64,000 nucleotides of DNA from an uncultured virus (IMG/VR IMGVR_UViG_3300034061_003767) (Duplodnaviria; Heunggongvirae; Uroviricota; Caudoviricetes): IMG/VR virus record IMGVR_UViG_3300034061_003767. One strand, 5' to 3'. Both the position numbers and the translations under genes were made by a program. The stretch's first letter is position 1; the number at the start of each line of letters is the position of its first letter. The notes beneath the pieces are model-generated. The model was not told where the DNA came from, did not search any database, and saw only the letters and a program-made list of their open reading frames with translations. Shown in pieces: positions 41,357 through 51,909 of the stretch.

Positions 41357-41609
41357 CAGAACTATAATATAGTATTCGATTCTACTAAGAATAGCAATAA
41401 AAATTCATGACTAATCGTTCAAAACACTCGCCATATTATGTAATCCTCTGTGGATTTTTAGGTATGTCTGTGGGTTTTAATTTTATTCAATATGAAGAAA
41501 TTAAATTACTCGAAAAAGAAAAGATTATGTACAAAATCTTTTTTGAATATCTCTATCTCAAACTAGAGACTTTACAAAACAGGGATTTTGTGTATAATAA
41601 TGATATCTT

Positions 41610-41963
41610 GGGGGCGTAACGGTATCGATTGGATAAAATTTGGTATAATTAGCAAGTAGTGGTTGGTGGAAAGGCCACTTTAAAAATCTACCAAATGCTT
41701 TAACTGGCAATAATCAGTTAGCCCTTGCTGCTTAATTAAATAACAGCAACAATCTTAGAAAGCGATGAAGGTAGCGTTCAAAAGATTGATGTAAAATCCT
41801 TCGGCTGCTAGAATAACCAACGGGTTCTAGCCTGAGATTAGTTGGTACGGAAAGATGAATGTTGTTTGTTCTTTAATCTTTCTCAAAACTTATGAACAAA
41901 ATAAACTTGTAGAGGTTATATTAAAGTTATCACAAGACGGGGATTCGACTTCCCCCGCCTCCA
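41610..41963 (+). ncRNA. ssrA: tmRNA, tag (A)GNNQLALAA at 41706-41735
   Basis: GGGGGCG/CGCCTCC-A acceptor with G3-U; 3' T-arm; TAACT upstream of resume codon; tag ends LAA-stop. Confidence 0.93.
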
Positions 41964-42101
41964 CTTAATATAAAGAAAGAATAATATGAGTTTATGGAAA
42001 AAGTTTTGGAAGAAACTAAAGAAAGAAGAAACTCAAGATTCTGAAAAAATACAAGAAGATAAGTATCTGAAAAAGTTAAAGAAAAAACTCAAGAAATACA
42101 A

Positions 42102-42491
42102 ATGAGAAAAATTTGTACTTATTGTGGCAAGCGGAAAAATCTTAAAAGTTTTCCCAAACACAGTATGTACAAAGATAATCTAGATAGTAGATGCAGACAC
42201 TGCATTAAAAAACATAGCAAAGTAAGAAGCAAACTACATAAAAATGCTCCAATAAAACCAGAAGTTTGTGAGTGTTGCGGTAAAGTTCCCTTCAAATGGT
42301 GTTTGGATCATGACCATAGTGATGATAGTTTTAGGGGCTGGCTCTGTGAGCCTTGTAACACTGGACTAGGAAAATTAGGAGACGATTTAGATGGTGTAAT
42401 TAAAGCTGTAAACTATTTGATAATGACAAAAAATAGGAATCAGCAAAATGAATCTTTACAAAAAATGGATTCAACATCTAAAAGAGAATAA
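42102..42491 (+). CDS. Endonuclease VII-like (His-Me) nuclease
   Basis: CECC...LDHDH...FRGWLCEPCNTGLG. Confidence 0.85.
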   Translation: MRKICTYCGKRKNLKSFPKHSMYKDNLDSRCRHCIKKHSKVRSKLHKNAPIKPEVCECCGKVPFKWCLDHDHSDDSFRGWLCEPCNTGLGKLGDDLDGVIKAVNYLIMTKNRNQQNESLQKMDSTSKRE

Positions 42492-42654
42492 TATGACATA
42501 TACTGAGCATCTTATTTTTGCTCTTTTTTATGGATGTACTTGTTTATTGGCCGGATTTTATCTTATCGTACACTCTGTTTTGCCATGTTTTTTTCCAACA
42601 GCAGGAAGCGATTTGGTCACAAAATTAAGCAAACGATTCAAGGAACAACACTAG
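42448..42654 (+). CDS. DUF6356-like small membrane protein
   Basis: HL...MTYTEH...VHSVLP.FF.TAGSD. Confidence 0.6.
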   Translation: MNLYKKWIQHLKENNMTYTEHLIFALFYGCTCLLAGFYLIVHSVLPCFFPTAGSDLVTKLSKRFKEQH

Positions 42655-42719
42655 ATTGTCGATACTTGACAATAGGATTGGCGTATGGTAGAATACGCTA
42701 AACACAGGAGACTATTTGG

Positions 42720-44033
42720 ATGATTCACGATTTTAATTATGTTATGGGAATGGTGCGTGATCTTAGGGCCACTAGTAGCACTAAGGATAAGGAAGGTATT
42801 ATTCTGGATTATTGTGGACACAATAGTGCCGCAGCATCTTTCACCAAGAATATTTTGCTTTATACCTATCATCCGTTGTGGCAATACAATGTTACTAGTG
42901 ATAATCTCAAGAAGAAGAATCATCTTGTAGCCAGAAAAAATGAATACAAAAATTTCTTTGATTTGCTTGATGCTCTAAAGAGTCGAAAGATTACTGGACA
43001 TGACGCTATCTCTGCTGTGAATAGTTTTATCGAACACTATTCCGAATACGAAGAACTTATCCATTGTATTATCGACAAAGATTTGAAAACCCGTGCTGGT
43101 GATAAGATTATCAATAAGGCTATTCCTGACCATATTCCAGAGTTTAGTGTTGCTCTGGCAGATAAGTACGAGCCTAAACTTGTAGATTGGAAGGATGGGT
43201 GGTATGTTAGCAGAAAAATTGATGGTGCTAGATGTGTTGCTATTGTTGATAGCAATGGTGATGCTACCTTCTATTCCCGCACGGGAAAAGAATTTGATAC
43301 TCTTGCTATTGTTAGGGCCGGTATTAAGGCTCTTAACATTACTAATGTAGTATTTGATGGCGAACTTTGTCTGGTTGACGATGATGGTAATGAAGATTTC
43401 CAAGGAGTAATGAAACAACTCAAGAAGAAAGATCATACTATTCCTAATCCGTCTTTTAAAATTTTTGATATGATTACGCACGATGAATTCTATAGTAAGA
43501 AAGGTGAGAAGAATCGCCCATATTCTATTCGATATAGTAATCTACGAGAAGTAATGAGAGACAATACTTGTGCTTGCCTTAGTGTGCTTGGTCAAGAACT
43601 TATCAAAGATGATGACCATTTTCAAGAGTGGGTTAAAAAAGCATCAGATTGCGGTTGGGAAGGAATAATGGTGAGAGCAAACGAACCCTATAAAGGCAAA
43701 CGTAGCAAAGACCTACTGAAAGTTAAAAAGTTTTTTGATGATGAATACGTTGTTTTTGATGCTGAATTTGGCCCATTCCGATATGTTAAAGATAGTGCAG
43801 AATGTGAAGAAACTATGCTATCTTGTGTGTTTATAGAACATAAAGGACATATTGTTAGAGTTGGTAGTGGCTTTAGTATAGATCAACGACAAGAGTTTTA
43901 TGCTGATCCAGATCAAATTGTCGGACAAACAATCACAGTCCAATATTTTGAAGAGACTAAGAACCAAGAAGGTGGAATTAGTTTGCGTTTTCCCACGTTT
44001 AAAATTCTGCATGGTAACACTAGGTCGATATGA
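42720..44033 (+). CDS. lig: ATP-dependent DNA ligase
   Basis: KIDGAR, FDGEL, WEGIMVR, LLKVK, VGSGF, LRFP. Confidence 0.95.
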   Translation: MIHDFNYVMGMVRDLRATSSTKDKEGIILDYCGHNSAAASFTKNILLYTYHPLWQYNVTSDNLKKKNHLVARKNEYKNFFDLLDALKSRKITGHDAISAVNSFIEHYSEYEELIHCIIDKDLKTRAGDKIINKAIPDHIPEFSVALADKYEPKLVDWKDGWYVSRKIDGARCVAIVDSNGDATFYSRTGKEFDTLAIVRAGIKALNITNVVFDGELCLVDDDGNEDFQGVMKQLKKKDHTIPNPSFKIFDMITHDEFYSKKGEKNRPYSIRYSNLREVMRDNTCACLSVLGQELIKDDDHFQEWVKKASDCGWEGIMVRANEPYKGKRSKDLLKVKKFFDDEYVVFDAEFGPFRYVKDSAECEETMLSCVFIEHKGHIVRVGSGFSIDQRQEFYADPDQIVGQTITVQYFEETKNQEGGISLRFPTFKILHGNTRSI

Positions 44034-44683
44034 TCCAAATTTATAAAGATCCTCATTATATACATAAATTTGCTATATACGGAGAGAGACATTCTGGAAC
44101 CAACTTCTTAGAACAAACAATCAAACAGACATTTCATATAGACATTACCCATTTTTTTGGCGGTAAACACTGGATGGGATTTGCAGAACCAAATTCTATT
44201 CACTATAAAGATAGAGGTATTTTATTTTTTGGAATAGTTAGACATCCATATGATTGGATTAGCGGATTCTTTAATATGCCGCACCATGTTCCAAGAAACA
44301 ACAGGAATAAACTTGAAGATTTTTTATTAAATGAGTGGTATTCTGTAGACTCAAAGAATCAAGAAATCATGCAAGATAGGAACTATGAAACAAAACTTAG
44401 ATATAAAAATATCTTTGAATTAAGAAAATATAAAACAAAATATCTATCAGAAACCATGCCACTAATTGCACAAAATTATGTGTTAATTACCTACGAGTTT
44501 CTTGTCAACTATTATGACAAATTTTTAAATATTATTTCTGATAGATTTAAACTCTTAAAAAGAGGTACTGGGAGTAGACCTTTTTACAAACCATATGCAA
44601 TATTAGATGACCATATTAAAAATATTGTTAATTCTCACATAGACTGGTCTGTAGAGTCTGTGTTTGGCTACTACCCTAGATGA
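44030..44683 (+). CDS. Sulfotransferase-like P-loop protein
   Basis: GERHSGTNFL (5'-PSB-like), VRHPYDWISG, ITYE. Confidence 0.65.
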   Translation: MIQIYKDPHYIHKFAIYGERHSGTNFLEQTIKQTFHIDITHFFGGKHWMGFAEPNSIHYKDRGILFFGIVRHPYDWISGFFNMPHHVPRNNRNKLEDFLLNEWYSVDSKNQEIMQDRNYETKLRYKNIFELRKYKTKYLSETMPLIAQNYVLITYEFLVNYYDKFLNIISDRFKLLKRGTGSRPFYKPYAILDDHIKNIVNSHIDWSVESVFGYYPR

Positions 44684-44741
44684 ACTAAAGAATAGTACTT
44701 GACAAGTCGATACTCTTAGTGTAGAATCACAGCATAACCCA

Positions 44742-45458
44742 TTGGAGACTACTATGATTGTTGAGAACACTGTTATCCCGATTCAGAATACTACTCTTGA
44801 TAAGAGCAAGGCTGATATTTTCTTCGCTAATTTTCCGCGAGATAAGGTTGTAGCATACAAGGACTATTGGGAAAGTGTGCGTCCACAAAATGTGGAAGAT
44901 ATTTTTCGTCGGTATCTCTTTGCGTTTTGCTCCGTTCATACGACATGGAAGGGTAATTGTGCCGGATATAATGCTATCAAGAATTTTGCTGAGTGGGTTA
45001 ACGATCAAGAAGCATTGAAGGAAAAACTCCACAAGAGCGGCGTTGGTCTACACAATAATCGCACAAAGTATATTTGGGATTTTGCCACAAAGTTTTGGGC
45101 TAATCCTAAAGACTTTTATTTTACATCAAAGAAAGGCCACGTTAAGAAGCGTGACGAAATCGTAAACAAGATTAGTGGTATTGGTTTGGCTAAAGTTAGT
45201 TTTGCTCTGGAAATGATTCATCCTAATGAGGCACGAGTATTGTGTGGTGACGTTCATCAACTTCGCCTTTACGATATGGAACATCTGAAGTATAATAAGA
45301 GTAAGAGTGGAACCGATTCTTACAAGAAGATGGAGCGTCATTGGGTAGTAAACTGCGGAAAGCATAAAATTCCACCGTATATTGCTCGTTGTCTTTATTG
45401 GGATAATCTTCAAAAGAAAGATGATAGTCGTTACTGGAGTTTTGTTTTGGAGTCATAA
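44742..45458 (+). CDS. HhH-GPD superfamily DNA glycosylase-like protein
   Basis: ISGIGLAKVS HhH motif followed by DVH. Confidence 0.65.
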   Translation: METTMIVENTVIPIQNTTLDKSKADIFFANFPRDKVVAYKDYWESVRPQNVEDIFRRYLFAFCSVHTTWKGNCAGYNAIKNFAEWVNDQEALKEKLHKSGVGLHNNRTKYIWDFATKFWANPKDFYFTSKKGHVKKRDEIVNKISGIGLAKVSFALEMIHPNEARVLCGDVHQLRLYDMEHLKYNKSKSGTDSYKKMERHWVVNCGKHKIPPYIARCLYWDNLQKKDDSRYWSFVLES

Positions 45459-45681
45459 ATATGAGTCAAAATGGTAAAGGGGATACTCCTAGACAAAAAG
45501 GAGTATCATGGAAAGTTTGGGATAAAAATTACGAACAAATTTTTGGTAAGAAACAAAAAAAATCAAGTTGGGCAGTTGACAAGCCGATAAAGGATGATAG
45601 AATACAAGAGTCTAAGCGAGAGGATCAGTCGCGTGACTGACTCGCAAAGACGGTTGGTTGTTTAAGATTTGGAGGTTGATT

Positions 45682-45963
45682 ATGGCTGAAGTTACTAATG
45701 TTGAGAAGCAGAGTCGTGTTCGTTGTGGTGATGAGGCTTTTCTTGAGGCGGTATATTCGTCCAAGACTTATGCTGAGATTGCTACTAAGACTGGTCAGAA
45801 GGTTGCTAGTACGATGGCTCGTTTTGCTCGTACAAAGGCCGCTCTGGCTAAGAAGGGTATTGAACTTCCTAGTATGGAACGTGCGAAGCCTACCAAGACG
45901 GTGGATAATGTCGAGGCTATGGCTGAGTTTGTTCGTCGCCTCAAGGCTCATAATAACGGCTGA
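45682..45963 (+). CDS. Small HTH-like protein
   Basis: GGAGG RBS; KTYAEIATKTG. Confidence 0.65.
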   Translation: MAEVTNVEKQSRVRCGDEAFLEAVYSSKTYAEIATKTGQKVASTMARFARTKAALAKKGIELPSMERAKPTKTVDNVEAMAEFVRRLKAHNNG

Positions 45964-45972
45964 GAGTCGATT

Positions 45973-46053
45973 GGTAGTCGGCTACAACATTTATAACGGA
46001 TGAGGTACACAAGCATAATCAACCTCAGACTTGTATTGTTGTGGTCGATTACT
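45973..46053 (+). ncRNA. Long hairpin RNA element upstream of tRNA-Leu
   Basis: 17-bp outer stem with four G-U pairs; inner TGAGGT/ACCTCA. Confidence 0.5.
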
Positions 46054-46058
46054 TTTAT

Positions 46059-46143
46059 GCCGGGGTGGCGAAATTGGCGAAACGCACGACACTTAAAATG
46101 TCGCACACTAGAAACGTTGCGGGTTCGAATCCCGCTCCCGGCA
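46059..46143 (+). tRNA. trnL: tRNA-Leu(TAA)
   Basis: GCCGGGG/TCCCGGC-A; CGACA-CT TAA AA-TGTCG; variable arm. Confidence 0.93.
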
Positions 46144-47065
46144 CTTTAACTAATAACAAAAAGGAAAACAAATGAGCAAAAACACTCTGGAATTTTACAA
46201 TGTTGGAACTAAGGTTAAGTTGGCAGATGATGTTTATGGAAATATTATTACTGTTAGTATTGGCCCTAATCATTCAATCACTTATAAGTGTGGTTGGTGG
46301 AATGGTCGAACATATTGTACAGAGACTTTTAACTCTTCTGAAATAGAGGCTGTTGTTACTACAGAAAAAACTCGCATAGGATTTATTTAAAATGAACGAA
46401 CACTCTAATCCTATTGAGTTTCTAATCGAATTTGCTTGGGCAAATGGTGCTGATCGTTTTATAGTCAACAACGCCAAAGATGAATTACGCAAACTAAAAG
46501 ATAATAAGGATAACGAAAACCGCTGGATCAGTTGTGAAAAAGATTTGGCTAAACTCAGAGAAGAACACAACAAACTTCTTTCTGTTTTTAATTATCCAGT
46601 GGCTTATGGTCTTATAAATGACAGACACGATCTTTACGATTTGAGAATAATGGATAATCCTCATAATGCTGATGAAAAAGTTGTACCACTCTATTCTAAT
46701 AGAGAAGAATTTTTAACCGGAGATTGGAAGGGATACAATCACTATGGTAAGTTTACCAAATAAGTTTTATCGAGGGGTAGTATACAGTGATCCTGACTTT
46801 AAACATCCTAATTTTCGTTTTGTTATAGTTGATACAGTAAAAGAAGTTCAGGATGAATATGGAGAGTGGTATCTAGATATTTTCCATGATTCCACAGAAT
46901 TTCTAATGCACGATCATTCTTTAGGAAATGTTTTTTATGGAGTTTATGGATCTTATTGGATAGATATTCCAAAAGGCCCAATTAAACTGTGCGAAACTAT
47001 AGACTTAACAGAGGCTATACATATTGCTCAGGAAATTATGGGATCACAAATTGTTGATAAAACCC

Positions 47066-47599
47066 ATGATTAATCCTGATTATCTTATAGACTATAGTGA
47101 TTGGTTTGACGAAGGTGGTTATTGTCAGGTTTATCCAATAAAAGACAAAAAAGATTTGGTATTCAAAGAGTTTCGTAATAAAAAGAAAGCACAAGAATCA
47201 TACAAATATCATAAAAAATTAGCCAAATTCGATCTTGCACCAAAAATATATAGCAAAATTTGTAAATTAGAATTCTTTCCAGAAGAAGATCTTTATCAAC
47301 CAGATCCTAGTGATTGGGGATACGTTACAGAGTTAGCAAAAACTCATCATGCTAATACTAAAATAAGCATGAAGGATATTCAACTTTTAGTAGATGAAAT
47401 CTATAATAAGACCGGATTAAAATTTTGGGATTGTCACTGGTATAATGTTGGTTTAGTAAAAAGAGGACGAAAAAAGAAAGTGGTTTGTATAGATACCGGA
47501 AAAGAAAGTTTTGATGGTAATGCTAATGCTTGGGCAAATCCAGACCCAGGCCCAAAATGTTCGTACTGTGAAAAGTATGAATGTAAATGTTCTAGTTAG
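47066..47599 (+). CDS. Protein-kinase-like fold protein
   Basis: EGGYCQVY, VFKEF, DCHWYNVG, IDTG. Confidence 0.65.
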   Translation: MINPDYLIDYSDWFDEGGYCQVYPIKDKKDLVFKEFRNKKKAQESYKYHKKLAKFDLAPKIYSKICKLEFFPEEDLYQPDPSDWGYVTELAKTHHANTKISMKDIQLLVDEIYNKTGLKFWDCHWYNVGLVKRGRKKKVVCIDTGKESFDGNANAWANPDPGPKCSYCEKYECKCSS

Positions 47600-48258
47600 G
47601 TGTATTATTTAGTGAGATAGTATTTCCTTAAAATAGGAGAAAACAATGCCCAAAGATTTAGATGATATTTATAAGAAAGTAGATATTTCCGCTAAAGAAT
47701 TAAACTCTTTGGGTAAAGATCAAGACAAAATACACAAAGAAGTATTAGATCTTAAAAAACAAATTAAAGATATTTCTTTTAAGGTAGATGCTATGCTAGA
47801 GATACTAAATAACTTCACTATTATGTTAGCAGAAGATGATGAAGATTTAGAAGAAAATTATGATTTTGATAATGATTCGGATGAATCTTGGGTTCCAAAG
47901 GAGGACGATTTTTGGGAAGATGATACCGACGAATAACTTTGATATTAATACCGCCTTAATTATATTTATCACATATTTTATATTGGATATGTTCTATGCT
48001 TATTATATTCTTTGCATAGAATCTAGACAAAATTTAATGTCATCTTTTATGGCCGGAATGATAACTTCTTTATCAGCATTTGGCGTGGTTAGTTTTAGCC
48101 AAAATATGACCTATGTTATTCCACTATTTTTAGGGGCGTTTGCAGGAACTTACTTTACAATGAAGTTAAAAGAAATCTTGCAATCCAGAAAGCGTAAGGT
48201 TGACAACGCGGAATGACGATGTATACTTGGAGCATCACAGGACACTTGGAGAAACAAA

Positions 48259-50907
48259 ATGAAACTTGCAGATCGAACGGTTGAGGTTCACAGTGCTGGT
48301 ATTAGTGCGTCGAATCAGTTTACGATTGCTCAAACCAGCAAAATGTTTAAGATTCTGTCGGATTCTCTTTATTCCGACAAGACTATGGCAGTTATTCGTG
48401 AACTTGCCACCAATGCTTATGATAGTCATATTAGTGCTGGCAATAAGAATCCTTTTAAGGTGACGTTGCCTACTGCTGCTAATCCTAATTTTGCGGTGCG
48501 TGATTATGGCACTGGTCTTAGTCAGGCAGATATGGAGAGTCTGTATACCACCTATGGGGCATCTAATAAGAATGATAGCAACGATTTTGTGGGTTGTCTT
48601 GGTCTAGGGTCTAAGAGTCCGTTTGCTTATACCAAGAGTTTTACTACTACTTCTTATTTTAACGGTACTCAATATACTTATATTGCGGCTATTGATGATA
48701 CTGGTGTGCCTACGTTGAATCTTATTCATAGTACAGATACTAACGAGCCTAATGGTCTTGAGATTAGTTTTGCTGTTAAGCAATATGATTTCCAAGAGTT
48801 TAGTCAGAAGGCTGTTAGGGTTTTTCATTACTTTAAGAATAAGCCTATTATTGAGGGTGGTGTTCATTGGGATTTTACCAAAGAATATAGCCAGCGTAAT
48901 GTGGTTATTGATGGTGATGGGTGGCGTGTTTGCCGACTCAATAATGACAATATGAAGTTTCCGAATAATTATCATCGTATTCAAAGCGGCATTATTGCTC
49001 TGATGGGTAATATCGCATATCCTGTTGAGGTTTCCCATCTTGTTGGTGAGGAAAAGGTTGAGACTCCAGATCATATTGCTAAGTGGAATCGTGCCTTTAA
49101 TAAGGCCGACATTGCTTCTTGGAAGAGTTTCGTAGGTGAAATTATCAATCAGGGTCTTTATCTGGAACTTGATTTTGGTATTGGCGAACTTGAGATGGAT
49201 GTTAGTCGTGAAGGTTTGCAGTATACAAAATCTGTTGTTAAGACTCTGCGTGAAAAGACCCAGGATATTTTCGTTGAGTTGAAGAAGAATTTCAGCGACA
49301 AGATCGCTACTGCTAAAACCAAGGTAGAAGCAATCCAGACATATTACCAGATGAATGATCTTGCTGGTGGTTGGGGTGTTGGTGCTAGTTGGACTGATGC
49401 TTCTGGTAAAGATCATAGCATTAGTTCTGGTCAGGATATTGAATACAAGTTGGACAAGGAAGAGAATCTTTATGTGTTCAATTATCGCACAGCAGGATAT
49501 CGTTCTCGTCGCATGATTTATCTTACCAACCAAATTCATCATGACACTCTTACGGGCAAGGGGTATAATTACTGGAATACTAGCGGTAAGAAGAATGGCG
49601 GTATGAAGTTCTTCTGGTGCGATATTAGTGCTACAGAAACCGCTAAGAAGATCGTCACTAAGTATTGCAACACAAATGATTGTTTTGCGTATCTTTTGGT
49701 ACACACAAAGGATCATACCAATGTGTCTAATGGCTTTAAAAGTCTAGTTAAGGATGTTGGAGAACATAACATTCTTAATGTATCAGACTATCGTGATCTT
49801 ATTAAAAGTAGTCCTAAGAATCGTGGCAGCAAGGCCAGTAAGGGTAGTGTTAGTGATCAAGAAATCTTTTTGATTATTGGAGACACAAAAGATACCAAGA
49901 ATCTTAACTATGATTACAATGATGCTACTTTTATGAGAAGTCTTAGCCAGACAAGGCTAGATGATCTTGAAGATGAGGATGAGATTGTTTATCTTCCTAT
50001 TGTTAGGTATGGTATTGCCGATAGTATTTATCCAGAAATTCATAAACTGTGTGGGTACAAGGATTTTCTAACCGGGCATAAGGTAATTGACGATACCAAT
50101 ATCTATGCTATTAAAAAGAGCGTGGTTGATCGTTTAAAGAATGATGGCTATAACCTTGTGGATTTTAACACTTGGTTCAAGAAGAGGCTCCAGAAACTAA
50201 ACGATACCAAATTTAAGAATATCTATCAGTTCAATCATCTTGTGCAACAGTGCAAGAACGAGTATAATAGCGATGATAAGATGTCCAAGAATTACAGGGA
50301 GGGTTATCTTGACAGACAATTTCTTTTCCATATTCTGAATGTTTTCGGGCTGGAATATGAAAAGTTTATCAGCAAGCGTAGCGTTGTTGATACTATTAAT
50401 AGTCTAATGATTGTAGAGTTTTTCGCGGACACTATTCATCATGAAAGTTTTGATATTCTCAAATTCAAGAAGGATGATTATTACTCTCATATGACAAAGT
50501 TGTTGCACGATTTTGGGGTCAATGGTCTTGATAGTGCTAAGATTAAAGAGGCCAATGTAGTCTATAATCAAATCAACGCTATGTTGTGTGGTATTTATGA
50601 CAGCGGAGTTGTTGGTGAATATCAAAAGATTTTCAAGCCTTCAACCAGCGGTCAATATGATTGTCCCAAGATGGCTGATCTGAGAAAAACGATTAAAGAG
50701 GAGGTTGACAGCAACCCGATGATGAAGTATATTATGTGTATCCATCCAGTGTCGGGCAATCTGAGAGAACTTAGGAATACTAATCCTCTCAAGCAACTTG
50801 ATGCTGAACATTATTATGGTCATAGGTCTGATGAGCGTTGGCTTAATAAGATGGACGATAATCATGTTGAAGAATTGAAGTTGTCGTTTGGTCAAATTAT
50901 TGGTTGA
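48259..50907 (+). CDS. rIIA: rIIA-like protein with N-terminal GHKL (Hsp90-like) ATPase
   Basis: LYSDK..IRELATNAYD, VRDYGTGLS, GLGLGSKSPFAY, SREGL; directly upstream of rIIB-like gene. Confidence 0.85.
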   Translation: MKLADRTVEVHSAGISASNQFTIAQTSKMFKILSDSLYSDKTMAVIRELATNAYDSHISAGNKNPFKVTLPTAANPNFAVRDYGTGLSQADMESLYTTYGASNKNDSNDFVGCLGLGSKSPFAYTKSFTTTSYFNGTQYTYIAAIDDTGVPTLNLIHSTDTNEPNGLEISFAVKQYDFQEFSQKAVRVFHYFKNKPIIEGGVHWDFTKEYSQRNVVIDGDGWRVCRLNNDNMKFPNNYHRIQSGIIALMGNIAYPVEVSHLVGEEKVETPDHIAKWNRAFNKADIASWKSFVGEIINQGLYLELDFGIGELEMDVSREGLQYTKSVVKTLREKTQDIFVELKKNFSDKIATAKTKVEAIQTYYQMNDLAGGWGVGASWTDASGKDHSISSGQDIEYKLDKEENLYVFNYRTAGYRSRRMIYLTNQIHHDTLTGKGYNYWNTSGKKNGGMKFFWCDISATETAKKIVTKYCNTNDCFAYLLVHTKDHTNVSNGFKSLVKDVGEHNILNVSDYRDLIKSSPKNRGSKASKGSVSDQEIFLIIGDTKDTKNLNYDYNDATFMRSLSQTRLDDLEDEDEIVYLPIVRYGIADSIYPEIHKLCGYKDFLTGHKVIDDTNIYAIKKSVVDRLKNDGYNLVDFNTWFKKRLQKLNDTKFKNIYQFNHLVQQCKNEYNSDDKMSKNYREGYLDRQFLFHILNVFGLEYEKFISKRSVVDTINSLMIVEFFADTIHHESFDILKFKKDDYYSHMTKLLHDFGVNGLDSAKIKEANVVYNQINAMLCGIYDSGVVGEYQKIFKPSTSGQYDCPKMADLRKTIKEEVDSNPMMKYIMCIHPVSGNLRELRNTNPLKQLDAEHYYGHRSDERWLNKMDDNHVEELKLSFGQIIG

Positions 50908-50932
50908 TTTCACAGGAAACAGGAGAAATAAC

Positions 50933-51808
50933 ATGAGTGTTCCTTTTATGTGGGTTGATGGTAATCTTACGTTGGTTCTTAATAATAGAACCTATCAGGT
51001 TTTGCCGGATCATATTAACTACAAGATGATTCTTGAGGCGTTGCCTACCGCGACCTCTGATGAACTTCTTGATATTGTTGATGTTGAAAAGGCAGTTGCT
51101 ACTTTTAGTGATGGTCTTGTGGAGATTAAGAACGGCCAAGTTACCTATGAGGGCGAGGTTGTTCATGGTAGTATCAGTAAGCGTATTCTGGAGTTTATGA
51201 GCAAGGGTCTGCCTTTTCAGCCTCTTGTTAATTTCCTGAATAATCTTATGGATAATCCTAGTATGCAGAGTCAAAAGGAACTCTATGATTTCCTTGAGCA
51301 TGAACATCTGCCTATTACTGAGGATGGTTATTTCTTGGCCTATAAGGCAGTAAGGAGTGATTTTAAGGATAAGTATCGTGGAGTATTTGATAATAGTGTT
51401 GGTCGGGTTGTAAAGATGCAACGGGCTAAGGTTGATGATGATCGTGCTAGGGGTTGTTCTGATGGGCTTCATGCTGGTGCATTGAACTATGTTGCTGGTT
51501 ATGGGTCTGTGGATAATGGTGATCGTATTGTGATCGTCAAGATTAATCCGCGTGATGTTGTTAGTGTTCCTAGTGATTGTAATTGTGAAAAACTTCGCAC
51601 TTGCCAATACGAAGTTGTTGGAGAGTATCAAGGTGAACTAGTCAAGCCTCTTTATTCGGCTAACTTTTCAGAAGATGAGTATGCTGATTATGAGGATGAT
51701 GAGGATTATGATCTCGACAGTGAATACTGGGATCAGTTTGACGATGAAGAAGATGAGGATGATGATGACTATGATTACAACTACGGTGGTAATCAGTACC
51801 CTGGCTGA
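50933..51808 (+). CDS. rIIB: rIIB-like protein with acidic tail
   Basis: NPS...ELYDFL...ITEDGYFLAYKAV, CSDGLHAG, INPRDVVSVP.D..KLRTCQYEVV. Confidence 0.9.
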   Translation: MSVPFMWVDGNLTLVLNNRTYQVLPDHINYKMILEALPTATSDELLDIVDVEKAVATFSDGLVEIKNGQVTYEGEVVHGSISKRILEFMSKGLPFQPLVNFLNNLMDNPSMQSQKELYDFLEHEHLPITEDGYFLAYKAVRSDFKDKYRGVFDNSVGRVVKMQRAKVDDDRARGCSDGLHAGALNYVAGYGSVDNGDRIVIVKINPRDVVSVPSDCNCEKLRTCQYEVVGEYQGELVKPLYSANFSEDEYADYEDDEDYDLDSEYWDQFDDEEDEDDDDYDYNYGGNQYPG

Positions 51809-51835
51809 TTAATGACTCCGTAAAGGAGTCGGAAG

Positions 51836-51894
51836 AAAATGGGCCGCTGGTGCGGATACTAGTTAAGGGAGTGGTTCGATTCCACTACCATTTT
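51836..51894 (+). ncRNA. Minimal tRNA-like element lacking an anticodon arm
   Basis: AAAATGG/CCATTTT stem, CTGGT-GCGGAT-ACTAG D-like arm, AGTGG-TTCGATT-CCACT T-arm. Confidence 0.6.
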
Positions 51895-51909
51895 TTAAAG
51901 AGGTTTACA

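Noticed and set aside
48604..51631. Long minus-strand ORFs 48604-49716 and 50897-51631
   Set aside because: Antisense shadows of rIIA/rIIB caused by biased codon usage
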